Of a DNA stretch of 64,000 bases, positions 49,035 through 58,880 are shown one piece after another. The notes below the pieces were generated by a model, which was not told where the DNA came from, made no database searches, and was given only the letters and a program-made list of their open reading frames with translations. Both the position numbers and the translations under genes were made by a program. How positions within the stretch are numbered: position 1 is the first letter of the stretch; each line of letters opens with the position of its first letter. The DNA lies in the IMG/VR virus record IMGVR_UViG_3300041809_000308, positions 14,797-78,796 of that record. One strand, 5' to 3'. The stretch comes from a virus.

Positions 49035-51593
49035 CTATATGGCAAAAAAGCATCCGCAAGCGAGACACTCAACCAAGCTACCATCCTCTTGATTCGTATT
49101 TTGCAATTTTTTTACGTCCTGACCATGGCACGCAGGGCAAGCCAGATTGACGCCTTCCTCAGTTTGCATGGCGGTTTTACTGGCATAAATGTCCTGCTTC
49201 TTGTATCTCGGGTAGCACGTGTTGCAGACGTTCCCCCGCTGGTCTTCAGTCATACAGCAGCAGTTACCCACCCACTTACCACAGTCCTGACACTGAACAG
49301 CGGAGTTACTCGCGTCACAGTGGTTGCTGATAAGGTCGCCGCAGTAGTCACAGGTGCCGTTGCTGTACTCTTCTTTGCAGTAGTTGCAAATCTCCCCGGT
49401 GGGGGTGATACCCGCCTTCTTGGCCTTGATGCCCATGCTCTTCATCAAGTCCTTGTCTTTGTCAGTGGTGCGAAACCGCTTCTTTGGTTTTGGTGGCAGC
49501 GACGATACCTCTTCTTCGGGGACTCCCGCCGCTTCCAATAGTTCAACATCATCCGGCTCGATGTACTTAACCAAATCCTGTAGCTCTGATAACTCACTGT
49601 AACTTATACGTTCAGCCCTAAGTTGACCTCTTAGGTATTCCAGACGGGCATGGGGTGACATTGATTCTTCTTCAAATTCTCTCTGCCCCGGCGACCACTT
49701 GGTGTCCCTGCCTATCGGCTTGCCGTACAAAGTACCAGCATCCGTCACATTCTCATCATCATCGTCATCCTCATCTTCGGCAGACCACGCTTTCTTATCA
49801 GAGGACAAAGTTTGCTTCAACAGTTCCTGTTGTGCAGTCGGTGCAACTGGTACTTGAGGTTGAGTTGGTGGGGGCGGCATTGTCGCATCCGCGTGCCCCG
49901 GCTCTGTCGGGGCGGCTGAAGGCTTGACACCTTCCATGACTTCATCCTGCGCTGTCTCATCTATGTGACGACGCATGTCATCACGAGGCGGGAGGGAAGT
50001 GGGAGTATCCTTGATGGGAATTGCAGCAAGGCGAATTTGTTCAGCGTAACGCTGGGTCTCATTAAGTGCGGAGGATTTCAACGCTTCAAGCACTTGACTC
50101 AACTGTTGCTGAGTGAGATTACCTGCCTCAGCAGGATTGTTTTGCGCCTCATCGTGAAGTTGCTGCGGGGTTTTGTTTACCGTCTGCACCGGAGGTACAG
50201 GATTCGGCGGTGGCGCTTGCGGATTCGGATTCGCTGCCGATGGTTTCGGGGCCGTGGGTGAACCCCCAAGAGGCATTCCAACACCGTAAGATTTTGTGCC
50301 AGACTGCTTGAGTTTAACAAGTTCTTCTTTCGTGAGTTGCTCTTGTTCCTCACCCTCGGCTTCCTGCTGCCCATTGTCTTCCTGAAGCTGTTGTGGAACA
50401 TCAGCGACAATCACTTTACCTGAAGCAGTACGGCTCACTTCAAAATCATTTTCACTCTCTTTGAAGAAGGCGGCATCTTCAATAACAGACTCGACCGGGG
50501 GCTGGGGTTTGACAACTGTTTTAGTGAGACTATCAATGCTGCCGCCGTGGGAAACACAATCCCCACTTTCGCAAGCAACACATGCCTTTGAAGCAATCCT
50601 TGAAGCAACCATGGTGTTTCCTCTACTATAGATTCCGTTATATGAACTAGCTTCAACATCAATCCGACTAACATCGTCCTTGATGGGAAAGAGTTCAAAG
50701 AATTCATCCACTGTGTCGTCTACAGCCTCATCGCGCAACTCACCCGCTCCACCCACACAGCGGACGCGAAGCACATCGTCATCAAGAATGATGAACCCCT
50801 TCTCAGTCTCGTCGTAGTCTAAGTGATTCACAGAGCACATTGCGCTGTGTACACACGTACCACCGCCACTCGTAGCATAGTAGTTGAAAAGAATTGGGCC
50901 AGTTGACTTCGACCAAATCCACTTGAATCCCTTACCGGGGTTGTCTGCATTAACCCGATAACCCGTGGGATAATTTGTAGCAATCTTCTTACTTGCCAAG
51001 AGTCTGCCGGGGATTGAGTCGTTCAATGCCCCTTCTTCAATCTCAGTAGTGTTCGCCCCCGCATAATCCTTGCCATTCTGAGTAGTGTAATCAGGATCAG
51101 AGTGGTGCTGGTGTGTGGCGTAGTCCTCATCGCTAATCATCTCCAACAAAGCATCCAACGCAACTTTGTTTTTTAGAGACGCGAGATGGCAACCCTTCAG
51201 AAACACTTTGTAGCCGGGAAAGGCTTCTTTGAAGCCATTCAATACTTGCTTAGGAACGAAGTCGAGCCAGTCTGCCACTAGTGGGGCTGTCTGAATCTGA
51301 ACGGTCTTATCCTTGCGGTCAACGAAAGCGTAACCACGATTGAGGTCGTCGTAGAGCCTGTTTGGGATGACTTCAGTATGAGACGTGCCCTTCCCATCTC
51401 CTTTACAGAAACGGTAGTGGTTGTTCGTCTGTCCTTCGATAAAGTAGAAGCCATAGCTGGGATGAAACACCCAGCAATAATCCTCCTCGTCACTGAGCAC
51501 AGGCGCAACAGGGCGTCCATTCATAGCCACAAGGCTTTCAGGAATGGGGGCTTTCTTTGAGGGTTTGAGGAGAGGGCTCTTCGGGTTAGGCAT
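49035..51593 (-). CDS. Modular head-associated protein with K-x-A linkers and zinc ribbons
   Basis: 852 aa; KVAL, LLASKKIA, MVASRIASKA, RTAS, KKAW, KKAG, YASKTAM. Confidence 0.6.
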   Translation of the reverse strand: MPNPKSPLLKPSKKAPIPESLVAMNGRPVAPVLSDEEDYCWVFHPSYGFYFIEGQTNNHYRFCKGDGKGTSHTEVIPNRLYDDLNRGYAFVDRKDKTVQIQTAPLVADWLDFVPKQVLNGFKEAFPGYKVFLKGCHLASLKNKVALDALLEMISDEDYATHQHHSDPDYTTQNGKDYAGANTTEIEEGALNDSIPGRLLASKKIATNYPTGYRVNADNPGKGFKWIWSKSTGPILFNYYATSGGGTCVHSAMCSVNHLDYDETEKGFIILDDDVLRVRCVGGAGELRDEAVDDTVDEFFELFPIKDDVSRIDVEASSYNGIYSRGNTMVASRIASKACVACESGDCVSHGGSIDSLTKTVVKPQPPVESVIEDAAFFKESENDFEVSRTASGKVIVADVPQQLQEDNGQQEAEGEEQEQLTKEELVKLKQSGTKSYGVGMPLGGSPTAPKPSAANPNPQAPPPNPVPPVQTVNKTPQQLHDEAQNNPAEAGNLTQQQLSQVLEALKSSALNETQRYAEQIRLAAIPIKDTPTSLPPRDDMRRHIDETAQDEVMEGVKPSAAPTEPGHADATMPPPPTQPQVPVAPTAQQELLKQTLSSDKKAWSAEDEDDDDDENVTDAGTLYGKPIGRDTKWSPGQREFEEESMSPHARLEYLRGQLRAERISYSELSELQDLVKYIEPDDVELLEAAGVPEEEVSSLPPKPKKRFRTTDKDKDLMKSMGIKAKKAGITPTGEICNYCKEEYSNGTCDYCGDLISNHCDASNSAVQCQDCGKWVGNCCCMTEDQRGNVCNTCYPRYKKQDIYASKTAMQTEEGVNLACPACHGQDVKKLQNTNQEDGSLVECLACGCFFAI

Positions 51594-51610
51594 TCACGAC
51601 CTCATAGGTA

Positions 51611-51637
51611 GAGCCCCCGATTCGTCACCGGGGGCTC
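51611..51637 (-). terminator. Hairpin after the tail tube gene
   Basis: gagccccc / gggggctc inverted repeat; U-tract weak. Confidence 0.5.
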
Positions 51638-51642
51638 AGACC

Positions 51643-52520
51643 TTAGCTGATGCTATAGAGGAGCGAACGACCTGTCGTGTCACCAGTATTCAGACCGGAG
51701 TCAATGAACTCACCGTACACGCTGCCAGACACGTCAAAAATATCCGTAACCATGACCGTGCAGTTCTCGGTTACAGCCGCTGTTTCAATAGCATAACCAG
51801 TGTTGTAGCTCGACATCCAGCAACCCTCGTAAACAGTTGCGACCGCATACAAACCGGGGTTGCCTGTGTTGTTGAGACCGCCTTCATTCGGGATGTCAGC
51901 CAAAATCGCTTGACCGATGTTTGGGTCTTCAGATGCCAATTGACTAAAGACAATTTCTGTCTTTATGTCAAAGGGCCATTTGTGATGACGGATGGAGCGA
52001 ACGGCACCGCTGACGCCAGCCTTGTAACCGAGAACCTGCATGAGGTTGGCAAGGTACAGACAAGTACGAGCAATGGTTAGCTGCATCGGCTCAGTCACGC
52101 CGGGGACGAGTTCGGCAACTTGGTCGCCGTAGCCGAGACCACGAATCGTTTCGACGTTCTTCGTCTCTGAAAGTTCAAAGGACGAGGTAACGCCAAGCTT
52201 CACGAACTTACCAACATCCACTACGTCGGTAAAGATTTTGAACCGCGAACTGATGACGCTCTCGGTTTGCGCCGAAGTGCCCTGTTGATAAATATCCTCG
52301 CTTGTTACTCACCTTGCGGCGGGGCTGGTCATTTCTATTCTGCCAGCCTCTCATAGTTCAATTTGCTATGAGGAGCAGACTATCGCATCACCTGTAACGG
52401 GTGTCTCTTCGTTTAGTCGTTCACGGTCCTTTTTCAGGTTCCGCCCTGTCAGCATCTCAGCTTTCCAAGTCAATTAGAAGAGATTTAATGTGGCCTAGCT
52501 ATTAAGCCACCTTGTGCCAT
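51643..52520 (-). CDS. Tail tube protein, intron-split (exon 1 52505-52520, exon 2 51643-52295; 222 aa)
   Basis: ATG with a GGAGG RBS at 52520. Splicing gives MAQGGYIYQQGTSAQTESVISSRFKIF..., in frame (669 nt). Lies downstream of the sheath; RGLGYGDQVAELVPG motif. Confidence 0.8.
52296..52504 (-). mobile_element. Group I self-splicing intron, ORF-less (209 nt)
   Basis: P1 exon GTGGCT pairs with intron GGCCAC, with U-G at the splice site. P7 elements ACGACTAAAC and GATAGTCT; terminal G; removal restores the reading frame. Confidence 0.88.
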
Positions 52521-52525
52521 TTGGT

Positions 52526-53191
52526 TTATGCCTCCTGAACCGCATGAGCGGCTTCAATTGAAGAATTCAGTAGTGTTTCTTCATAAAAACACTGGTGTGG
52601 TTTTGGTTCGTTAAAATCAAAACCCCATCTCGAAGCGGCACCTTTTCTACCCAACCAAGCAATATATTCCGGGGTGCGATTAGCTGCCATTTTTCGTAGA
52701 TTCCGCGCTGTCCCTTCAGTGGCTGGACGACCGCTTAATGTTTCTGATATTTGTTGCCGTTGCTTAAGTGGGATAGGTCGGTTCTTAAACCCTGAAGTTC
52801 GTTTACTAACCCAATCCGCAGATTGCTTCTTACCTTTTCTAACGGAAGACATTAACTCTTTAGTAGCTTGAGAATGCTTCCTCCCCGCCATGGAACTTCC
52901 CGCAACGGGGGCTATGTTGTACCCTGCCCGAACCGCGTCGAATGCATTGATAGCCAATTGCTCCTGCCAAAACAAGTCCAATCCTAACCCATAAGCAATC
53001 ACTTCAAACTCAAAAGCGGATTCCCCATACTTGTCCCAAGCCCTTTGCAATTTTTGGTTATCGTGAGTGCCTTCTCGTAGCATCTTTAGGTGACGATACC
53101 ATCTAGCCTTAATAGACTGGGCGCTCCCCACATACACTTTCCCATTCACAGTGTTCCGAATTAAATAAACTCCACAATCAAACCAAGCCAC
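52526..53191 (-). CDS. GIY-YIG homing endonuclease, free-standing next to the intron
   Basis: GVYLIRNTVNGKVYVGSA, GYNIAPVAGS, GRKHSQ. Confidence 0.9.
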   Translation of the reverse strand: MAWFDCGVYLIRNTVNGKVYVGSAQSIKARWYRHLKMLREGTHDNQKLQRAWDKYGESAFEFEVIAYGLGLDLFWQEQLAINAFDAVRAGYNIAPVAGSSMAGRKHSQATKELMSSVRKGKKQSADWVSKRTSGFKNRPIPLKQRQQISETLSGRPATEGTARNLRKMAANRTPEYIAWLGRKGAASRWGFDFNEPKPHQCFYEETLLNSSIEAAHAVQEA

Positions 53192-53193
53192 AA

Positions 53194-54711
53194 TTATTCC
53201 TTGTGTGGGCTATCCAGTTCCCAACGTTCACAGTCACACTTAGTGCATTTGCCATCTTTGTGTTCATCCTTCTCATGTTCACAATTAGCGCACTTCCAGT
53301 AACCCTCTTCATCATCTTCAGCCGCCGCGAAGTTCAAACCAGCCAGAATCGAACTCTTCTTTCCTTTGTTCTTTTCCTTGACCTCGGTAGCCTGTTCTTC
53401 CGCTTCTTCCTGCATGTGCTGCTTGTTCAATACCTTAGCGGCCTCGCCCATCATATCGTATGCCCGATAGATGGCCTCAACAGCCTCGCGTACTGGGCGA
53501 GAGTCAAGAACTTCAGTGACCGGCTTGGCTTCAAAGTACAAACCCTTGAGTTCATTGCCTAGCCGTTCGACCAGCTTGAGGGCTTTACCGCTTGTCATGT
53601 CGCCAGCAGCAAACTTGCTAGGAAGTACAGTAGCGGGGCGGCTGATGCTGGTGTTGTCCTCCACCTTGCTGTGAGCCTCGGCGATTTCTGGAGTGCGACC
53701 GCCGTTCTCTTTCACATCACCTGTGTCACCATCATTGACAAACCAAGAACCACCCTGACCACTTGCAGCTTTCGCAGCCGCATTAAGAACCCGCAGAGCA
53801 GCGGATTTGTCATTATGAATCGACCACGCAGTTGCGTATGCCTTTTCTTTATCGCCGGGATATTCTTCCTTCAGCTTATGCATCAGTTCTTCACTGATGC
53901 CGGGAGGCGTAACAGCAACCTTGGGTTCAGCAGCCACGAGAACCAAACCACCGAAAGAAGCTGCCATTGGAAGAGGAGCCGCAGCAGCCGGAGGAGCACC
54001 AGCCGCTGGTGCAGCAGGAGCCTTTTCCTGTTCAACTTCAACGGGACGTTCCATGAGAGTTTCAGCGATGGCTGCAATGAAAGCCTGAGCAGCCTTGTCA
54101 TTCATGAGGTCGTCAGAACCTGCGAGAGCCTTTTGCATCTTGGCGAGTGTATCGCTGGAAAGTTGATTGATGTCGGCCTCAGGTTTTGGAGTAGCGGCGG
54201 GGGCCGGAGCCTTAGTTGGAACTGGAACAGGAGCGGCCTTCTTTGTCCCGTAGAACAAATCATCATTCTTGGAAGCAAGACGAGGAACCTCTGCTAGTTC
54301 AGGTGCCTTTGGCTCTCCCTTCTCATCTCGGTCACTAACGAAGTCGATACTAGAAGCTAGAACCGGGGCTGTTTCCTGAGTTTCTGTTCCCGAATTTTTC
54401 ATCTTGGCAATCATGTCCACATCCTGTTTGATTTTTTGAGCCATCTGCGGCATTACAGCATCGTCCAAGTAGTCATCCAACGTGGATGCTCCTTCTTGTT
54501 GCATCTCCATTGGAGACTTCTTGAGAATGCCCTCAAGAAAACTAATCACTTCGGAAAGTTGATCGAGCCGCTCATCATGAGCATTGGCGTTCACAAATTG
54601 CCCAACAAGAACATTAGCCTCTTGCACCGCTTGTTCAAGTGTTTGCTTAGAAACTAGCGTGGTCGCCTTTTTCGTTGGTTGCTGACGACGGGCAAATAAT
54701 CTTGACGCCAT
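53194..54711 (-). CDS. Head-associated protein with K-x-A linkers and a DRD motif
   Basis: KKAT, VLASS, RLAS, KKAA, KVAV, KSAA, KAAS, KFAA; IDFVSDRDEKGEPKAP. Confidence 0.6.
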   Translation of the reverse strand: MASRLFARRQQPTKKATTLVSKQTLEQAVQEANVLVGQFVNANAHDERLDQLSEVISFLEGILKKSPMEMQQEGASTLDDYLDDAVMPQMAQKIKQDVDMIAKMKNSGTETQETAPVLASSIDFVSDRDEKGEPKAPELAEVPRLASKNDDLFYGTKKAAPVPVPTKAPAPAATPKPEADINQLSSDTLAKMQKALAGSDDLMNDKAAQAFIAAIAETLMERPVEVEQEKAPAAPAAGAPPAAAAPLPMAASFGGLVLVAAEPKVAVTPPGISEELMHKLKEEYPGDKEKAYATAWSIHNDKSAALRVLNAAAKAASGQGGSWFVNDGDTGDVKENGGRTPEIAEAHSKVEDNTSISRPATVLPSKFAAGDMTSGKALKLVERLGNELKGLYFEAKPVTEVLDSRPVREAVEAIYRAYDMMGEAAKVLNKQHMQEEAEEQATEVKEKNKGKKSSILAGLNFAAAEDDEEGYWKCANCEHEKDEHKDGKCTKCDCERWELDSPHKE

Positions 54712-54736
54712 AGTAGTCGCTTCTTTCTCTCCGAAC

Positions 54737-55168
54737 TTAAACAGTCACATCCCCAATTGACGGAACCAGTATCTGAGCACGCAATGCTGCCATTGCATTC
54801 TGAATACGGGTAACAATCACTGCTTGCCAAGCCACCGCAGCCTCACTCGGGTTTGGAGTGATGCACGCCAGAGACCCTTGAATTGGAGCCGGTTGATTCG
54901 GCGGGCCAGAAGGAAGGGCAAGCATAAACTGCGCCGTCTGCGAAGAAAGCTGAGTTGTAATCCCTACATAGAGTTCAGAAGTGGGGAATTGAAACGTAAA
55001 ATGTATGTTATTGGGGTCTGTAAACTGCCCAGCAATGTTTACCTGAGGATCACCGAAAGCAGCAATCAACGCCTTATCATTAGCGTCAGTCAAGTCGCCC
55101 ACGAAGGACGGCTGAATGATGAGACTGATGATGCCATTCGCCTGAGTAATCACGGTATGCAATTTCAT
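54737..55168 (-). CDS. Hypothetical structural protein
   Basis: 143-aa ORF after the sheath gene with a GGAG RBS. Confidence 0.55.
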   Translation of the reverse strand: MKLHTVITQANGIISLIIQPSFVGDLTDANDKALIAAFGDPQVNIAGQFTDPNNIHFTFQFPTSELYVGITTQLSSQTAQFMLALPSGPPNQPAPIQGSLACITPNPSEAAVAWQAVIVTRIQNAMAALRAQILVPSIGDVTV

Positions 55169-55187
55169 CTAAGACTCCAAAGTAGGT

Positions 55188-55213
55188 TGAGGGGTGAGCC
55201 ATCCCACCCCTCA
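55188..55213 (-). terminator. Hairpin after the sheath gene
   Basis: tgaggggtg / cacccctca inverted repeat; no U-tract. Confidence 0.4.
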
Positions 55214-55218
55214 GTGTT

Positions 55219-58200
55219 TTACAGACTGGTTGTAACCGTGAAGGTCACGCTGATGTAAAGCAACGCGAACATCGGCATGAAGGTGACAGTCACATCAACC
55301 GTTGTTGGGTCACTCGGATCAGGTATGACAGCCAGATTATTGTACCCATTGATGATTTCGTTTGAAACCAGCGAACGGAGACGAGCGTTGCAAACGGCTG
55401 TGATGTCGTTCACGAGGCTGCTTACCAGCTTGCGACCAATGAACTGTTGCAGGTCAGCGCGGAACTGCTGACGAACATAGTCGGTGATGGTTGTGCAAGT
55501 CGGTTCCGACGTAATCGGGTTCGATGGGTCGGTGGACTTGTAGTGGCGAATGCTCAACGCACCGGAGTTGTCGGTGAGCAGAACAAGACCCTGTGAAGCC
55601 ATCAGATTCATGGTTGCATCGTCGTAACGAATGAGGAGACGACTGAAGCCAACCAAATCCTGCAACGTGAGCGAGGTCGCCACGTCGTTGGCCGGGTTAA
55701 CTTCCAAGCCAGCCATGGCCGCAGCCATGAACTCGCCAGACAATGCAAACTCCTGAGCTACGCCAGTTTGAGTGTTCGTAATCTGGAGACCGGCAACTGG
55801 GTTACCGATAGCAATCATACGAGCATTCCCCAAACCCGTTGCATTGGTGATGGCTTGAGTGGAAGTTGTGTACTGACTGTAGCCCACGAAACCAATCGCC
55901 TCACCCTTGTTGCGAACGTTAGCCTGAGTGATAAGCTGACGGCTCAAGAACTGGTGAACCGTTGGACTCGTGCTCAGAGGAACAATAACGTCAGCCTTCT
56001 TGGTGTAACCCGGCAGATTTACTGTCAAGGTCTGAATGGCCGCGATGAAATCATTGTCCGAAGCGGTGTTTTGTCCGGGCTGTTGAGGCACCTGAATGGC
56101 ACCGAAGACATTGGCACCATTCTGTACCATGAGCGAGATACCCAAGGACAGGCGGTTAACCACGCTCGGCTGACCATAAGCCGTGTAAGCGTCAGCTTCA
56201 TTGTCATAAAGCTGAAGAGCCATGTCGGCGGCGGTCTTCGCAACCGTGAAGGTCACGTAGTAGAATTCGCCAACACTCGGCTCATTGCCAGACTTGTTGT
56301 AGGTTGCCACGAGAGCCGTGTCACCAGTTGCCGCACCAAAGGTCGTAACCACGCTGGTGGTCAAACCGGGGATGGCAATCAGGTTGTTTGGCTGCGCTGT
56401 GCCAAACGGGATGTATGTTGAGCCCGTGTAGCGAACGCTGGTCTTGCTGGTCGTGTAGGTGAGAATGTCGCCCGGAGCGAAAGCATACTGAGGCGAAGGA
56501 AGCTGCGTGTAGCCAAAGCCCAAAGCATCAGCAGGGTTGACAATCGTAACCTTGAAACCAGTGGTCACGTCGATGTATGTTTGGTCGAGGTAGCCCACAC
56601 CGTGAGAACCGCTGACGCCCAAAGAAGAAGTCACCGTGTAGCTGTGGGTGTATGGGGTTGAAACTGGTGCGGCACCGCCAGCCAGATTCAGAGGCGAAGC
56701 GATTGCAGCGTTGGTTGAGGAACCACCAACCGCCGTAATCACGCCACCATCTGTCGTGGTTGGAGGGTAGGTTGAAAATAGAGCAACAACCTGAGCCGTT
56801 GTACGAGTGGAGGATGACAGTGTGGTGATGTCCACGGTGATAGCGTCTCCAGTTACGGAGATGGCACTAACATCAGCCGAACCTACGCTAGTGAAAGCGA
56901 TGGTTACGGAGTTGCCGCCAGTACCCGGAGTCGTTGCCGTGAAGATAATACCTTGAGTCGTCAACGAAGCCTGAACACCGGGTGTGGTTGTTGAGCCATC
57001 ATTGTTGAACGTCAGAGTAACTGTCTCATCCGGGGCATCCGGTTCATCCCATGCATCCGCGAAAGCGTTGGGATAAACGATGCCGGTGTTTGCGAAGTTT
57101 GGAGCCGCAACTGTGTTGGTGCCATTGGCAACCACAGGAAGCACAAAACCAAGTTCGTTGGTGATGCTGTAAGTTCCCTGTCCAGACTGAGCCGGGTTGG
57201 CAACAGTCAAGGTGTAGGTGTGGTCGTTCAAAGTGTTACGGTAGTAGCTGGCGTAAACCTTAGTGCCAACCGCTGGGATGTTGTAAAGCGTAGCCTGAGC
57301 AGAAGCGCCTGACAAACGAGCGACCTGAACCGGACCAGACTGATAAGCAGTGTACGGGTTGGTACCGACAAACACCTGAATCAAGTTTGGATTGTCAGTT
57401 GCACGACCCAAACCGCTGCCATCTGTTGGCACATCGGGGAGGGTGAAGACCGCAGTGGTTCCGTTGCCATTACCGGCGTATTGCAGGTAGACGTGTTCGT
57501 CAACCAAGGTGGTTACAATGTCAGCCGGTCCGAATGGAGCCGTGTCGGCAGCGTTGGAGGTTCCCACTGTGGTTGTAGTTGAAGCGCCCCAGTTGATTGT
57601 GGGATTGCCGTTTGAATCCGTGCCCAATACATAGTCGATGTCCTGTATGTAATCAGCACGGTCAGGACCGAGACCAACCTCGACAATGCTGGCGACGTTA
57701 CTGGCCGGAAGCAAGTCATAGGTGTTCTGATAAGTGTTGGTGTAGTATGTGATGGTCAGTGTGGAAGCAGTCGAAGGCACTGGGTTGGCAAGAGTCACCA
57801 AACCATTGGCACCATCAACAGCCGAGACTGTCACCGCAACACCGTTCAACTTCACGGTTACATTCGCGGGGCTCGTAGTTACAACTCCGCCGTTTGTACC
57901 GTCAACAATAGGAACATGCTGAACCTTGAACTGGGTGTTGGAGTTTGGACCTTCACCGCCAGCCAAGTTGGTAGCAGACATCACAGAGAGTGTGGCTGTT
58001 CCGAGTGGGGTTGTTGCCGTCAGGTATCCAGCCGAAAGGGTGAGGATACCAGCTTCGATAAGGTTGTAGAGGTCAACAACCGTACGAACAGTGCTATCCG
58101 CCTTGCGGATATTGATAGTGATGGCATTTGTGCCATAACCGCCCACAGCCAGTGTGTCAACAACACCCGGAGTTGGAGGAGAGAGCAGTGTTGAGTCGAT

Positions 58201-58800
58201 GAACTTAACGCTGACTTCGTTGCCAACTGCGCCGGGGATAGTTGTAGAAATGGTCAAAAGTGTGCCGGAAAGCGGTGGAGAGAGTGGCGGGGAGAGCAGT
58301 TCAGGACCAGTGATTGCCAAGGAGGCAAAGGTTGGAACCTGAGGCAGCAAGTTTTCATTGCTGATGAGAGTGTCACCACGCAGGAAGTAGTAAGTCACTT
58401 CGAGATTGGAACCCGCTGGAGGAATATCCTGCAACAGGAATGCACCCGTTGCGCCATTCAGAGAAATCACGGTTGTCGGGACGCCATCTACTGTGACCTG
58501 AATTTGAGTGGGGTCAGTAGTTACCACTCCCGTGCCAGTGCTGTTAACCACAGGGAAATAGGTTGTAGTAAAGGCATTGGTCAGTCCCGTAACTTGGTCA
58601 GAGATGTTCTCATTGACTGCTTGAGGATCGGCCACAGCGGAGGAACCGCGAAACAGTTCCACGTTATCATAAGTGAAGGATTCCTGACCCTCACCGATGA
58701 TGACAGGGATACGAGCAGAGCCGAATAGAGGCTGTCCGCCGCCCTCGATGACTACGTTTGTGTAAACTCCGGGTTGTGCATAAGAACCAAACAACGCCAT
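55219..58800 (-). CDS. Contractile tail sheath protein (1193 aa, with inserted beta-domains)
   Basis: N-terminal Y.QPGVY; C-terminal sheath domain (DYVR..L..FIG.K..DP..V.V...P.F.L.YI.VTF). Confidence 0.9.
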   Translation of the reverse strand: MALFGSYAQPGVYTNVVIEGGGQPLFGSARIPVIIGEGQESFTYDNVELFRGSSAVADPQAVNENISDQVTGLTNAFTTTYFPVVNSTGTGVVTTDPTQIQVTVDGVPTTVISLNGATGAFLLQDIPPAGSNLEVTYYFLRGDTLISNENLLPQVPTFASLAITGPELLSPPLSPPLSGTLLTISTTIPGAVGNEVSVKFIDSTLLSPPTPGVVDTLAVGGYGTNAITINIRKADSTVRTVVDLYNLIEAGILTLSAGYLTATTPLGTATLSVMSATNLAGGEGPNSNTQFKVQHVPIVDGTNGGVVTTSPANVTVKLNGVAVTVSAVDGANGLVTLANPVPSTASTLTITYYTNTYQNTYDLLPASNVASIVEVGLGPDRADYIQDIDYVLGTDSNGNPTINWGASTTTTVGTSNAADTAPFGPADIVTTLVDEHVYLQYAGNGNGTTAVFTLPDVPTDGSGLGRATDNPNLIQVFVGTNPYTAYQSGPVQVARLSGASAQATLYNIPAVGTKVYASYYRNTLNDHTYTLTVANPAQSGQGTYSITNELGFVLPVVANGTNTVAAPNFANTGIVYPNAFADAWDEPDAPDETVTLTFNNDGSTTTPGVQASLTTQGIIFTATTPGTGGNSVTIAFTSVGSADVSAISVTGDAITVDITTLSSSTRTTAQVVALFSTYPPTTTDGGVITAVGGSSTNAAIASPLNLAGGAAPVSTPYTHSYTVTSSLGVSGSHGVGYLDQTYIDVTTGFKVTIVNPADALGFGYTQLPSPQYAFAPGDILTYTTSKTSVRYTGSTYIPFGTAQPNNLIAIPGLTTSVVTTFGAATGDTALVATYNKSGNEPSVGEFYYVTFTVAKTAADMALQLYDNEADAYTAYGQPSVVNRLSLGISLMVQNGANVFGAIQVPQQPGQNTASDNDFIAAIQTLTVNLPGYTKKADVIVPLSTSPTVHQFLSRQLITQANVRNKGEAIGFVGYSQYTTSTQAITNATGLGNARMIAIGNPVAGLQITNTQTGVAQEFALSGEFMAAAMAGLEVNPANDVATSLTLQDLVGFSRLLIRYDDATMNLMASQGLVLLTDNSGALSIRHYKSTDPSNPITSEPTCTTITDYVRQQFRADLQQFIGRKLVSSLVNDITAVCNARLRSLVSNEIINGYNNLAVIPDPSDPTTVDVTVTFMPMFALLYISVTFTVTTSL

Positions 58801-58880
58801 GGTGATGCTCCAGTCTGAAATAGGACTTCAATTTGAGGAAACCAAAGTCCAAATTTTTCTTAGTTATTGACGAATAATCC

